The notes under the pieces: model-generated | What the model was told of the DNA's origin: nothing | The model's database searches: none | The model's input: only the letters and a program-made list of their open reading frames with translations | Part shown: in pieces, positions 16,419 to 25,723 of the stretch | Layout of the letters: each line of letters starts with the position of its first letter | Numbering within the stretch: position 1 is the first letter of the stretch | Assembly: GCF_004365815.1 (NCBI RefSeq) | Contig: NZ_SODD01000001.1 | Span: 112,588 to 144,587 of the forward strand | Length of the DNA stretch: 32,000 nucleotides | Direction of reading: 5' to 3' | From: Breznakia blatticola | GTDB lineage: Bacteria > Bacillota_I > Bacilli_A > Erysipelotrichales > Erysipelotrichaceae | Made by a program: the position numbers and the translations under genes

Positions 16419-16955
16419 TTATTGCCCGTAGTGTTCATTACATAAAGCATAAATTAGATGATCTTGCCATGCTCCATGTACATATATACTTCGCTTTGCT
16501 AGACCAATCTTTTCAAAGCCACAACGTTCAAGCAAATGAATGGACTGCTCATTTGATGGCATAACCCAAGCTTCCAAACGATGCAATTGAAGTTGACTGA
16601 AAGCTAGTTTAATAATTTGGTTCATTGCTGCAGTTGCATAACCTAAATGTTGATAGTCTTGATCAATACAATAACCAATCCAGGCATTTTGCATAGCTCC
16701 TCTTTCCACTTGAAATACATCAAAAGTTCCAATCAATTCATCTTCAACAAAAATACCATAACTATATGCAAGATCACTCATTCGCATTGCTAGTACATGC
16801 TCCATGCGCATTTCTTGTCCCTCACGCGTAAAAAAGCTATCTGGTTTGGTTGGGTTAAACTTCTCAAAATTCTCTTTATTGTATGTTTCGAACTCGACCA
16901 ATTGGTCAATATCGTTGACGCTCAAAAAGCGTATTGTAAATTTTTCTTCATTCAT
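16419..16955 (-). CDS. GNAT-family N-acetyltransferase (RimJ/RimL-like)
   Basis: The QHLGYATAAMNQIIKLAF acetyl-CoA-binding motif and HRLEAWVMPSNEQSIHLLERCGFEKIG are typical of Acetyltransf_3-type proteins. Confidence 0.8.
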   Translation of the reverse strand: MNEEKFTIRFLSVNDIDQLVEFETYNKENFEKFNPTKPDSFFTREGQEMRMEHVLAMRMSDLAYSYGIFVEDELIGTFDVFQVERGAMQNAWIGYCIDQDYQHLGYATAAMNQIIKLAFSQLQLHRLEAWVMPSNEQSIHLLERCGFEKIGLAKRSIYVHGAWQDHLIYALCNEHYGQ

Positions 16956-17034
16956 ATATCCATTATACCCTATTTACCTTACATTTTTGTTATGGGATAC
17001 TTGAGTTATTCATGGTACAATAATTTCGGAGGGA

Positions 17035-18072
17035 TTGCCTATCAAAAAAAATGTACTAAACGCACTGCTTTTAATTGCTCTTATTACATTTGCTTTGTGG
17101 TTTGCTTTACATGATGATTACCAACAAGTTATTGAAAACATTAAGGCTATACCAATATGGCTAGTCTTCATTGTTTGTGGCTTAGGTATCACCTATTATT
17201 TACTACAAGGATATGTTATAAGCCAATGTGCGAAAATATATAAAAAAGATATTCGTGTTATCGATGGTATCCAAAATGCATACGTTGCTGCTTTCTTTAA
17301 TGGAGTTACTCCTGTTGGCGGTGGCCAAGTTGCACAAAGTTTTGCTTTAAAACAAATTGGAATGAAAATTCCTGACATTGCAAGTACGCTTTGGATGGAT
17401 TTCTTTATGTTTCAAATTGTTGTAATTATCTATGCGGCTTTGATGTTGCTGTTTAATTTAGAATTTGTCTTTGGAAACATTATGCTGTACTTCCCGTTCA
17501 TCGTAGCTGGTTGGTTGATTAACTCTGCGGTAATTGTCGCTTTATGGTTAATGACAAAATTTCCAAACTTCTTTATTAAGTTAACAACAAAAATCATTAA
17601 TTTATTACACAAAATTCGGATTGTAAAAGAACCAGAAGAAACAGCAAAAAAATGGAAACTCTCATTGGAGTATTTCCATAGTGAAATCATCAAGTTGAAA
17701 ACACGTAAGAAATTACTTGTCAAAGGAATTCTATGTAATATCATTCGTATGACGATTTTCTATAGTATTCCATATGTCATTGCTCTAGGTTACAATATGC
17801 CTTTTGATGCCATTGATGTACTACATATCATTGCGATTTCCTCATTTGTGCATATGCTAAATGCATTGACACCACTTCCTGGTGATACAGGATTTACCGA
17901 AACCATGTTTATTTTAATGTATGCCGTTGTCTTCCATGATTATGCAAAACCAATCATGATTATATGGAGACTAGCAACATACTATATCAACATCATCATT
18001 GGTGCTTGTGTGCTTTTCTATTTTCGAATCAAAGGTGCAAAAGCAAAAAGTGATGACATCTATCAACAGTAA
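17035..18072 (+). CDS. MprF-type transmembrane (flippase-like, UPF0104) domain protein without synthase domain
   Basis: About 8 TM helices, with GVTPVGGGQVAQSF and LTPLPGDTGFTE motifs resembling the LPG_synthase_TM family. The TTG start is uncertain because GGAGG lies only 2 nt upstream. Confidence 0.65.
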   Translation: MPIKKNVLNALLLIALITFALWFALHDDYQQVIENIKAIPIWLVFIVCGLGITYYLLQGYVISQCAKIYKKDIRVIDGIQNAYVAAFFNGVTPVGGGQVAQSFALKQIGMKIPDIASTLWMDFFMFQIVVIIYAALMLLFNLEFVFGNIMLYFPFIVAGWLINSAVIVALWLMTKFPNFFIKLTTKIINLLHKIRIVKEPEETAKKWKLSLEYFHSEIIKLKTRKKLLVKGILCNIIRMTIFYSIPYVIALGYNMPFDAIDVLHIIAISSFVHMLNALTPLPGDTGFTETMFILMYAVVFHDYAKPIMIIWRLATYYINIIIGACVLFYFRIKGAKAKSDDIYQQ

Positions 18073-18105
18073 GAGACAGATCCAATGGACCTGCCTCTTT
18101 TTTTA
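18072..18105. terminator. Hairpin between convergent genes (flippase-like gene and histidine kinase)
   Basis: The inverted repeat AGAGACAGATCCA/TGGACCTGCCTCT has two A-C mismatches on the plus RNA, which become G-U pairs on the minus RNA. It is followed by T8 on the plus strand. Confidence 0.45.
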
Positions 18106-19320
18106 TTGCATAGGTAGTATAACCTGTACTGTAAATATATCATTTTGACTATGTATTGCCATCGTTCCTTTATGCATCTCTACAATACGTAAGCAAATGG
18201 ATAATCCTAAGCCATGCCCGCCAGTTTGTGAATTGCGATCATCATCTACGCGATAGAAACGTTCAAATAAACGGGACTGTTTCTCTGCTGGTATGGTCGG
18301 ACTTGGATTACTGATTGATAGTTTCACCTGCTTTTGGTCAACATGTAAATCTACCCGAATCGTATGCCCTGCGTGTGTATACTTCAATGCATTTTCTAGT
18401 AAAGAGCGTACGACTTGTTCAAGCAATTCTTTATTCCCTGAAATGTGTACGTGTTCTTGAATATTTGTTTGTACGCTTAACTCTTTTTCAAATGCTTGAA
18501 CTTCAAAAGTTAAACATTCTTCATCAACGACACGTGAGAAATCAAAATCTTGATGTTGTAGTTCATGTTCATCTTCAATTTTGGTTAAGTATAATAAGGA
18601 ATTAGTCAATTTCGTTGTACGCTTTAATTCTTCTTGAATATTATCTAACCACTTTTTCTGACTTTCTACAGTTGCATCCTTACTTGTAAGAATTGCATCT
18701 ACATTTGTAGAAATGATGGTAAGTGGTGTTTTTAGTTCATGTGATGCATCGCTAACAAAATCTTGTTGCTTCTTGAAGTTCTTTTGAATTGGTGCAATTG
18801 CTCGTCCTGCAAAGTAATTAGAAAATAATGCAACCACTACAATAGAAACTACACTCACAAGTCCAAATGCAATCAACATTTCCGTAATTACACCAACTTG
18901 TTGGTTAATATCTAAAAAAGCAACCAAGTAATTGTTGCCGTATGCTTTCAGCTTATAGGCAAAATAACGTCCATCTAGTTGGAAATATCCATCCTCATCT
19001 TCAATTTCCACATGTTCAAGTAAGTTTGAATAGACACTTTCACTCATGGACACAAATGATGGTTCATCTAAAGATAGAATCTCTTTCTTTTGATTTACCA
19101 ATACCAAATACGTCATATTTCCAGGACCTTCATCTTTTGGTTTCCCTTTTAAATCCGGCATGTTTCGTGGCACATCTAGACGCATGCTCAATTCATTATC
19201 AATATCTCTTGATGTATTTTGAATACTTATAAAACCAACGGCAAAAAAAGCAACCAAAAGGATACAAACAATACTAAGCAAATTCATCCATAAAAACTTT
19301 TTGCGTAACGTCTTAAACAT
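18103..19320 (-). CDS. Sensor histidine kinase (two TM helices, HisKA + HATPase_c)
   Basis: Contains the H-box SHELKTPLT, the N-box LLENALKYT, and the G-box GGHGLGLSI. The ATG at 19320 overlaps the response-regulator stop by 8 nt. Confidence 0.85.
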   Translation of the reverse strand: MFKTLRKKFLWMNLLSIVCILLVAFFAVGFISIQNTSRDIDNELSMRLDVPRNMPDLKGKPKDEGPGNMTYLVLVNQKKEILSLDEPSFVSMSESVYSNLLEHVEIEDEDGYFQLDGRYFAYKLKAYGNNYLVAFLDINQQVGVITEMLIAFGLVSVVSIVVVALFSNYFAGRAIAPIQKNFKKQQDFVSDASHELKTPLTIISTNVDAILTSKDATVESQKKWLDNIQEELKRTTKLTNSLLYLTKIEDEHELQHQDFDFSRVVDEECLTFEVQAFEKELSVQTNIQEHVHISGNKELLEQVVRSLLENALKYTHAGHTIRVDLHVDQKQVKLSISNPSPTIPAEKQSRLFERFYRVDDDRNSQTGGHGLGLSICLRIVEMHKGTMAIHSQNDIFTVQVILPMQ

Positions 19321-19996
19321 CGGACACCTCCGTAAGTTTATAACCAACACCACGAATGGTTTGAATGATCGTTGTTGAACTTAAATATTTTAGTTTCTTA
19401 CGAAGAAAAGAAATATAGACTTCAACATGATTGAAACTTGCATCACTGTCATATCCCCACACTTTATCTAAAAGTAATTCTTTTGTGGTAATACTTTGCT
19501 GGTTTGACATAAGTAGTTCAAGTATTTCTGCTTCCTTCAAAGTTAAACTAATTTGATCATTTCTACTTTTGACAATTAGATTTGCTTTATCAAGAACAAT
19601 ATCATGAAACGCTAATTCATCATCTTCCATAGCCACATTGCGTCGTCGTAAATTGGCACGAATTCGTGCTAGCAATTCTTGTGTATCAAATGGTTTGGCA
19701 ATGTAATCATCTGCACCATAATCAAGTCCACGAATTTTATCTTGTACACGATCTTTTGCAGTCAACATTAAAATTGGAATTTGAATATCTTGCGCACGTA
19801 AAGCAGATAGCACTTCAAATCCATCTTGTTTTGGTAACATCACATCCAAAAGAATTAAATCATGGATATTTGCAAGTGCTTGCTCTTCTCCATCGATTCC
19901 ATCATATGCAACATCTACTATATAATTGTGTTTTTTTAGAACTTGCGCTAATGAATCAGCAAGTTTCTTTTCATCTTCAATAATTAATATACGCAT
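19313..19996 (-). CDS. OmpR/PhoB-family response regulator
   Basis: The receiver domain shows MRILIIEDE, LILLDVMLP (phospho-acceptor Asp), TAKD and KPF. The C-terminal winged helix ends in IQTIRGVGYKL. Confidence 0.9.
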   Translation of the reverse strand: MRILIIEDEKKLADSLAQVLKKHNYIVDVAYDGIDGEEQALANIHDLILLDVMLPKQDGFEVLSALRAQDIQIPILMLTAKDRVQDKIRGLDYGADDYIAKPFDTQELLARIRANLRRRNVAMEDDELAFHDIVLDKANLIVKSRNDQISLTLKEAEILELLMSNQQSITTKELLLDKVWGYDSDASFNHVEVYISFLRKKLKYLSSTTIIQTIRGVGYKLTEVSDV

Positions 19997-20124
19997 AATG
20001 TTTTTCCACTTTGATTATAACATTCTTTCTTAAAATAACCTTAAAGTTCATTTCAAGTTCTTTTAAGACTTCTTTTGTATACTCACTGATGAAGCAAGAG
20101 CTTTACCAACAGAAAGGATAGATT

Positions 20125-20916
20125 ATGGCAAAAGAAGTATTTGGTCGTCATGAATGTAAATTCAAAGTGACTCAACAACAAAAAGATGCATTACTTGCAG
20201 ATTTAGCAGGCACAATCGAAAATGACATCTACAACAAGGATGGAAAACCCTATACCATCTACAACTACTATATCGATGATATTCACAATACATTTATTCA
20301 AAGATCCGTAAGTAAACCGCTGTATAAAGAGAAATTGCGAATTCGTGCATATGAACCGTTTTGTGATGACACGATGGTTTTTGTGGAAATCAAAAAGAAG
20401 TATAAGAAATATGGAAATAAGCGGCGTATCATGATGCCTTTCAAACAAGCAAAGGCATTTGTTGAAAAAGGTGAACTACCAAGTGATCTTTCAAACATCA
20501 ACCAGCAAGTTTTACGCGAATTGAAATATACCATTGATAAACAACGATTGCAGTTAAAAGTACATGTACAGTATGAACGGTATGCGTATTTTTCAATCGT
20601 GCAAAAAGGACTGCGATTCACCTTTGATACAAATATCATCAGCAATCGCATTCGCGACAAACAACGAAGTTTACTAGAAAAGAATATGTACATATTGGAA
20701 ATCAAAGCAGAACAAAGTTTTCCATTATGGTTAGTCAAGCTACTACAAAAACATAAGATATATAAACAAAGTTTTTCCAAGATTGGAAAAGAATACGAGT
20801 TATATACAAAAGAAAGAAAAGAGATGAAACAACATCAGGAGGAATTATATGTTAGAAACACTTTTAAATATGAGTACGGATACAACAACGCTGTCGCTCA
20901 CAAATCTACTACTTAG
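20125..20916 (+). CDS. VTC-domain protein (triphosphate-tunnel, polyphosphate-polymerase-like)
   Basis: The N-terminal RHECKFKV (ExK tunnel motif), KPLYKEKLRIRAY, VFVEIKKKYKKYGNKRR and ILEIKA strands match the bacterial VTC/CYTH-like family as I recall it. Confidence 0.65.
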   Translation: MAKEVFGRHECKFKVTQQQKDALLADLAGTIENDIYNKDGKPYTIYNYYIDDIHNTFIQRSVSKPLYKEKLRIRAYEPFCDDTMVFVEIKKKYKKYGNKRRIMMPFKQAKAFVEKGELPSDLSNINQQVLRELKYTIDKQRLQLKVHVQYERYAYFSIVQKGLRFTFDTNIISNRIRDKQRSLLEKNMYILEIKAEQSFPLWLVKLLQKHKIYKQSFSKIGKEYELYTKERKEMKQHQEELYVRNTFKYEYGYNNAVAHKSTT

Positions 20917-21532
20917 TATGAGCATTGCCTTAGTACTTGGAGCAAGTATTGCATTTACTTATAAACATACAAGTAAGAACCACTATTCGCAAAACTTGAT
21001 AAGCAGTTTATTATTACTGCCTGTATTAATGTGTTGCGTATTTCTACTCATTGGAAACAATGTAGCAGGTGCATTCTCATTAGCTGGAGTATTTTCTGTC
21101 ATTCGCTTTCGGAGTGCACCAGGAAGCAGCAGAGATATTGTATATATTCTATTTTGCGTAGCGGTTGGTCTTGCTTGTGGCTTACAAGCTCCCCTATTCG
21201 CCATTATCATTACAGTATGTATTTGTATTGTCTTTTTCATTTTGGACCTACTACAAGTAAGTACAAGTGGCACAAAACGAATGAAACTTGTAATGCTTGT
21301 TCCTGAGGAAATGAATGAAGAAGAAAACTTTAGTGAAATCTTAAAAGACTATACGAAATCGTATGAACTGGTCCGTATGCGTACAAAAGACTTTGGCAGT
21401 ATTTTTGAATTAACCTACGTGATTACCCTTTATGAAAGTCAAAATAAACACGAACTTTTAGATAGTTTACGTTGTCGCAATGCAAACCTAAACATATCGT
21501 TAAGCAATATGATGCACACAGATGAATTTTAG
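20849..21532 (+). CDS. DUF4956-like membrane protein (usual partner of bacterial VTC-domain genes)
   Basis: Four TM helices are followed by a soluble C-terminal domain. AGGAGG lies 7 nt upstream of the ATG at 20849, and the gene overlaps the VTC gene tail by 68 nt. Confidence 0.6.
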   Translation: MLETLLNMSTDTTTLSLTNLLLSMSIALVLGASIAFTYKHTSKNHYSQNLISSLLLLPVLMCCVFLLIGNNVAGAFSLAGVFSVIRFRSAPGSSRDIVYILFCVAVGLACGLQAPLFAIIITVCICIVFFILDLLQVSTSGTKRMKLVMLVPEEMNEEENFSEILKDYTKSYELVRMRTKDFGSIFELTYVITLYESQNKHELLDSLRCRNANLNISLSNMMHTDEF

Positions 21533-21540
21533 GAGGCTAC

Positions 21541-23145
21541 ATGAAATATATAAAACACATACTACCTATCTTACTTGTATTGGTTCTTGTTAGTGCTTGT
21601 CAGACAAACACTAACGAAGAAGAAAGTGATACAAGTACTTCAGGATCAACAATCACCTTAAAAAATGATTCCATTACCAGTGATGATACGAGTGTCCAAA
21701 TTAGTGAGACAACAGCAACAATAACCAAAGCCGGAACGTATACGATTAGTGGAACACTTGATGATGGACAAATCCTTGTTGATGCAAATGATACTGCAAA
21801 AGTTACCATCATTTTAGATAATGTTGATATTCACTGTGAAACAAGCAGTGCAATTTATATAAAAAATGCAGATGAAACAACCATCACCCTAAAAGAAAAT
21901 ACAGAAAACACATTGAGTGATGGAAGCACGTATACCGTTCTTGATGAAAGTGAAGAACCGGATGCTACACTATTTTCTAAAGACGATCTTGTGATTGACG
22001 GAAATGGAAGTTTAACGATTCAAGCAAACTACAAAGATGGAATTGGTGGAAAAGATGATGTAAATATTAAAGATGCTACAATTTCTATCCAAGCAACTGA
22101 TGATGGGATTCGTGGTAAGGATTCTCTCATTATTGAAAATGCAACGCTTACTATCACTGCAGTAAATGATGCACTAAAAGCAACAAATGATACAGAAGCA
22201 GATAAAGGAATTTTAGAAATTCATGACGGTTCGTATACTCTTACAACAACTGGAACAGATGCGACAAGTCACAAAGCCATCAAAGCCTATACATCTATCA
22301 CTATTAGTGATGGAACATTTGACATTGATGCAACGGATGATGCAGTACACTCACAAAATGTCACAATTGATGGTGGAACCTATACGATAGCAACTGGGGA
22401 TGATGGAATACATGCTGATGCAACTTTACTTATTCATGATGGAACCATTGATATCAAACAATCTTATGAAGGTCTTGAAGCTGCTGACTTACAAATACAT
22501 GGTGGTAACATTCAAATCGTCGCTAGCGATGATGGGATAAATGCAGCTGGTGGTAGTGATAGTACAACTGAAACAAGTACTCCAGGATTCAATGGTGGTC
22601 CTGGTGGAAATGATATGTTTTCTACCTCAACAGGTACTTTACAAATAAGTGGTGGTATAATCACTGTTGATGCACAAGGAGATGGAATTGATGTAAATGG
22701 AGATGCAACAATCACAGGTGGTACAATCACTGTATATGGACCAGCTAACGATGGAAATGGTGCACTGGATTATGATGGAAGTTTTGCAATTTCTGGTGGT
22801 CAATTAATCGCCTATGGAACAAGTGGAATGGCATTAAATGTAAGTGAAAATTCAAGTCTAACAACTGTTATGATAAATCTTGATACAACCATTGCAGCAG
22901 GTGCAAATGTTTCAATTGTTGATGATGAAGGAAATGAAATTTATAATGGAACAAATGCTAAAAATGCAAATTCCTTTATTATTGCAAGTTCTAAACTAGC
23001 TATTAATAGCACGTATACACTACAAGTTGATGGTAGCAAACGAACAACATTCACCCCAACTAGTACAGTCACAACCATTGGAAATAGTGGTGGTATGAAT
23101 GGAGGACCAGGCGGTGGCTTTGGTGGACCCGGACAAGGAAGATAA
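21541..23145 (+). CDS. Secreted lipoprotein with parallel beta-helix repeats (Cthe_2159-like carbohydrate-binding family) and Gly-rich tail
   Basis: The lipobox is LVSAC. About ten repeats of ~21-22 aa follow the pattern GTxxIxAxDDGIxAxxxLxIxG (e.g. GTYTIATGDDGIHADATLLIHD, GNIQIVASDDGINAAG). The C-terminus reads GGMNGGPGGGFGGPGQGR. Confidence 0.6.
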   Translation: MKYIKHILPILLVLVLVSACQTNTNEEESDTSTSGSTITLKNDSITSDDTSVQISETTATITKAGTYTISGTLDDGQILVDANDTAKVTIILDNVDIHCETSSAIYIKNADETTITLKENTENTLSDGSTYTVLDESEEPDATLFSKDDLVIDGNGSLTIQANYKDGIGGKDDVNIKDATISIQATDDGIRGKDSLIIENATLTITAVNDALKATNDTEADKGILEIHDGSYTLTTTGTDATSHKAIKAYTSITISDGTFDIDATDDAVHSQNVTIDGGTYTIATGDDGIHADATLLIHDGTIDIKQSYEGLEAADLQIHGGNIQIVASDDGINAAGGSDSTTETSTPGFNGGPGGNDMFSTSTGTLQISGGIITVDAQGDGIDVNGDATITGGTITVYGPANDGNGALDYDGSFAISGGQLIAYGTSGMALNVSENSSLTTVMINLDTTIAAGANVSIVDDEGNEIYNGTNAKNANSFIIASSKLAINSTYTLQVDGSKRTTFTPTSTVTTIGNSGGMNGGPGGGFGGPGQGR

Positions 23146-23202
23146 GCTTCCTTGTTTTCTATTATTCTATTCATATGCTACACTAATCACAGGAGGCATA
23201 TC

Positions 23203-24192
23203 ATGCAAAACATAAATAAAGATCGTTACAATAACATGCAGTACAACTACTGTGGCAAAAGTGGATTAAAACTGCCAGCTTTATCATTTGGACTATGGCA
23301 TAACTTTGGTGATCATACACCGTATCAAAGTATGGTTGACTTAGTACTTACAGCATTCAACAATGGAATTACACATTTTGACTTAGCTAATAATTATGGA
23401 CCGATTCCAGGACGTGCCGAAGAAAACTTTGGCAAGATTCTAAAAGAAGAACTGGCGGGTTATCGAGATGAGTTAATCATTTCAACCAAAGCAGGATATA
23501 CCATGTGGGATGGCCCATACGGAGATTGGGGTTCAAGAAAATATCTTATCGCTTCATTAGATCAAAGTTTGAAACGACTGGGTTTAGATTATGTGGACAT
23601 TTTCTATCATCATCGCATGGATCCTAATACACCACTTGAAGAAACGATGGGAGCTCTACATTCTATTGTACAAAGTGGAAAGGCGTTATACGTAGGATTA
23701 AGCAACTATGATGGAACTACTTTAGAAAAAGCAGTAAACATACTTAACAAATTAGGTACACCTTGTATTATCAATCAAAATAAGTATTCCATCTTTGTGC
23801 GCGATATTGAAGAAAATGGACTAAAGGAAACTGCAATCGCTGCAGGTAGTGGGATTATCAGTTTTTCACCATTAGCACAAGGCTTACTCACGGAACGTTA
23901 CATTCACGGAATTCCTGAAGACTCACGTGTAAAAACAGATGCTCGCTTTCTTCAAGAAACTGGAGTGAAAGAAAAATTACCACAAATCCAAGCACTTCAT
24001 GAAATTGCCAAGAAAAACAATATGACACTTTCACAAATGGCAATTAAGTGGCAATTTAGAGAACCAGGAATTACCAGTGTACTCATTGGAGCAAGTAAGC
24101 CTTCACAAATCATTGAAAATATAGAGGCACTCAATAAACCCGACTTAGATGCACAAACCATCGCTGAAATTGATGCAGTAATCAAACCTTAA
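23203..24192 (+). CDS. yghZ: Aldo/keto reductase, L-glyceraldehyde-3-phosphate reductase (YghZ/Gpr) type
   Basis: YNYCGKSGLKLPALSFGLWHNFG, GITHFDLANNYGP, ELIISTKAGY, SRKYLIASLDQSLKRLGLDYVDIFYHHR and SGKALYVGLSNY are near-collinear with E. coli YghZ. AGGAGG lies 7 nt before the ATG at 23203. Confidence 0.85.
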   Translation: MQNINKDRYNNMQYNYCGKSGLKLPALSFGLWHNFGDHTPYQSMVDLVLTAFNNGITHFDLANNYGPIPGRAEENFGKILKEELAGYRDELIISTKAGYTMWDGPYGDWGSRKYLIASLDQSLKRLGLDYVDIFYHHRMDPNTPLEETMGALHSIVQSGKALYVGLSNYDGTTLEKAVNILNKLGTPCIINQNKYSIFVRDIEENGLKETAIAAGSGIISFSPLAQGLLTERYIHGIPEDSRVKTDARFLQETGVKEKLPQIQALHEIAKKNNMTLSQMAIKWQFREPGITSVLIGASKPSQIIENIEALNKPDLDAQTIAEIDAVIKP

Positions 24193-24291
24193 TAAATCGC
24201 TAAACAATACTTATTTATCGTAAAACGATATATTTGTATTGTTTTTTAATATTTATTGTGTTATTTTAAATATAGAAACATGGAGGTACTT

Positions 24292-24771
24292 ATGAAGGGA
24301 AAACATATTCCAACCATTTTGTTTATATTTATTACATTGATTTTAGTATTCGTAGCATTTCTATATGGATTTTTTATTCCAGTATTAGCTGAACAGTATA
24401 CATATGGGTTTCCAGAATTAGAAAGCATCAAAAATATCGTCTTAGTTTTCATTGAATGCACAGGAATTCCTGTACTTATCATTCTTGGACTTGGATATGC
24501 TGTTGGTATTCAAATCATGAAGTTTGAACACTTTACAAGAAAAACCGCAAAGTACATGCGTAGTATTTCTGTTTTATCTTTGTTTGATGCAATCTACTTT
24601 GGTATAGGAATGTGTATTATGGCATTTTTTGGTTATATAGATCCACCTACTATCATTGGCTCAGGTGCTGCTATTATCTTTGCACTTGCTGTAGCTGGTG
24701 CAAGTTATGCTCTTAGTTATTTCATTTATGAAGCAGCAAAGTTGCAAGAAGAAAGTGAGTTGACAATTTAA
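24292..24771 (+). CDS. DUF2975-like four-TM membrane protein
   Basis: GGAGG lies 5 nt before the ATG at 24292. It has four hydrophobic helices, and its stop overlaps the start of the small HTH gene (TAATG), the conserved DUF2975/YozG-type pairing. Confidence 0.55.
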   Translation: MKGKHIPTILFIFITLILVFVAFLYGFFIPVLAEQYTYGFPELESIKNIVLVFIECTGIPVLIILGLGYAVGIQIMKFEHFTRKTAKYMRSISVLSLFDAIYFGIGMCIMAFFGYIDPPTIIGSGAAIIFALAVAGASYALSYFIYEAAKLQEESELTI

Positions 24772-25001
24772 TGGAAGAACAAGGTAAAATTGTTTTCAAC
24801 ATTGATGTAATGTTGGCAAAACGAAAAATGAGCGTCACCGAATTATCTAGACTTGTAGGAATCAATATGCCCAATATGTCTATTTTAAAAAATGGAAAAG
24901 CAAAAGCCATTAAAGTTCATACATTATTAAAACTCTGTGAAGCCCTTGACTGTCAGCCTGGTGATTTACTAAGCTATGAAAAAAATGATGATAACACATA
25001 A
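24771..25001 (+). CDS. Small XRE/Cro-type HTH regulator (YozG-like)
   Basis: IVFNIDVMLAKRKMSVTELSRLVGINMPNMSILKNGKAKAIKVHTLLKLCEALDCQPGDLL is a full-length match to the YozG-type pattern. Confidence 0.85.
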   Translation: MEEQGKIVFNIDVMLAKRKMSVTELSRLVGINMPNMSILKNGKAKAIKVHTLLKLCEALDCQPGDLLSYEKNDDNT

Positions 25002-25010
25002 ATATAAGCA

Positions 25011-25046
25011 AAAACCGCAGTTCTCAATTTTGAACTGCGGTTTTCT
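25011..25046. terminator. Bidirectional rho-independent terminator
   Basis: A 13-nt perfect inverted repeat AAAACCGCAGTTC/GAACTGCGGTTTT with an 8-nt loop lies between the convergent HTH gene and the distal TrkA gene. Confidence 0.8.
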
Positions 25047-25053
25047 TATGTGC

Positions 25054-25713
25054 TTATGCAAATAATGCATTTAGTTCTTCAAGTTGATCATCATAACATA
25101 AGAACATGATGTGATCATTACTTTCAATTGTAGTATTTCCTTTTGGAATGACTACTTCATGGTTTCTTGTGATTGCAATTAAGACAGCTTTATCAGGGAT
25201 TGCTAGATCCTTAATTTCTTTTCCAATAGCCATTGAATTTGCTTCTACTGTGATTTGACTAATTGAGTATTCTCCACGGTTTAATTTCATCAATGTCATA
25301 ACATTACGCATGTCAATTTCATCAACTACTAAACGTGCAAGCAATTCTGCTTGATTGACTTTCACATCAACTCCCATTTCTAAAGTAAATAACCATTCGT
25401 TGCTTGGGTGATTTACACGTGCGATTACACGGTCCACACCAAACTCATATTTTGCGATAGTTGCACTTACAAGGTTAACTTCATCTTTACCTGTAACACA
25501 AACCACGACGTCACAATCTTGCATCCCTGCTTGTGACATGATCACTGGATCACTACCATCACCTTCAACTAAGATGTCTGGACTGAATTTACCACGAATC
25601 TTTTGTAGTACTTTTTCACGTGATTCGATAACTTTTACATCGATTTCGTGTTTAACGAGTATATCTGTAATGTAAGAACCAACTTGTCCTCCACCAATAA
25701 TAATAACTTTCAT
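25054..25713 (-). CDS. TrkA/KtrA-type RCK protein (TrkA_N Rossmann + TrkA_C), copy 2
   Basis: MKVIIIGGGQVGSYI is the GxGxxG NAD-binding loop, and the C-terminal RCK_C-like part contains IAITRNHEVVIPKGNTTIESNDHI. GGAGG lies 6 nt upstream. Confidence 0.8.
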   Translation of the reverse strand: MKVIIIGGGQVGSYITDILVKHEIDVKVIESREKVLQKIRGKFSPDILVEGDGSDPVIMSQAGMQDCDVVVCVTGKDEVNLVSATIAKYEFGVDRVIARVNHPSNEWLFTLEMGVDVKVNQAELLARLVVDEIDMRNVMTLMKLNRGEYSISQITVEANSMAIGKEIKDLAIPDKAVLIAITRNHEVVIPKGNTTIESNDHIMFLCYDDQLEELNALFA

Positions 25714-25723
25714 GATGTACCTC

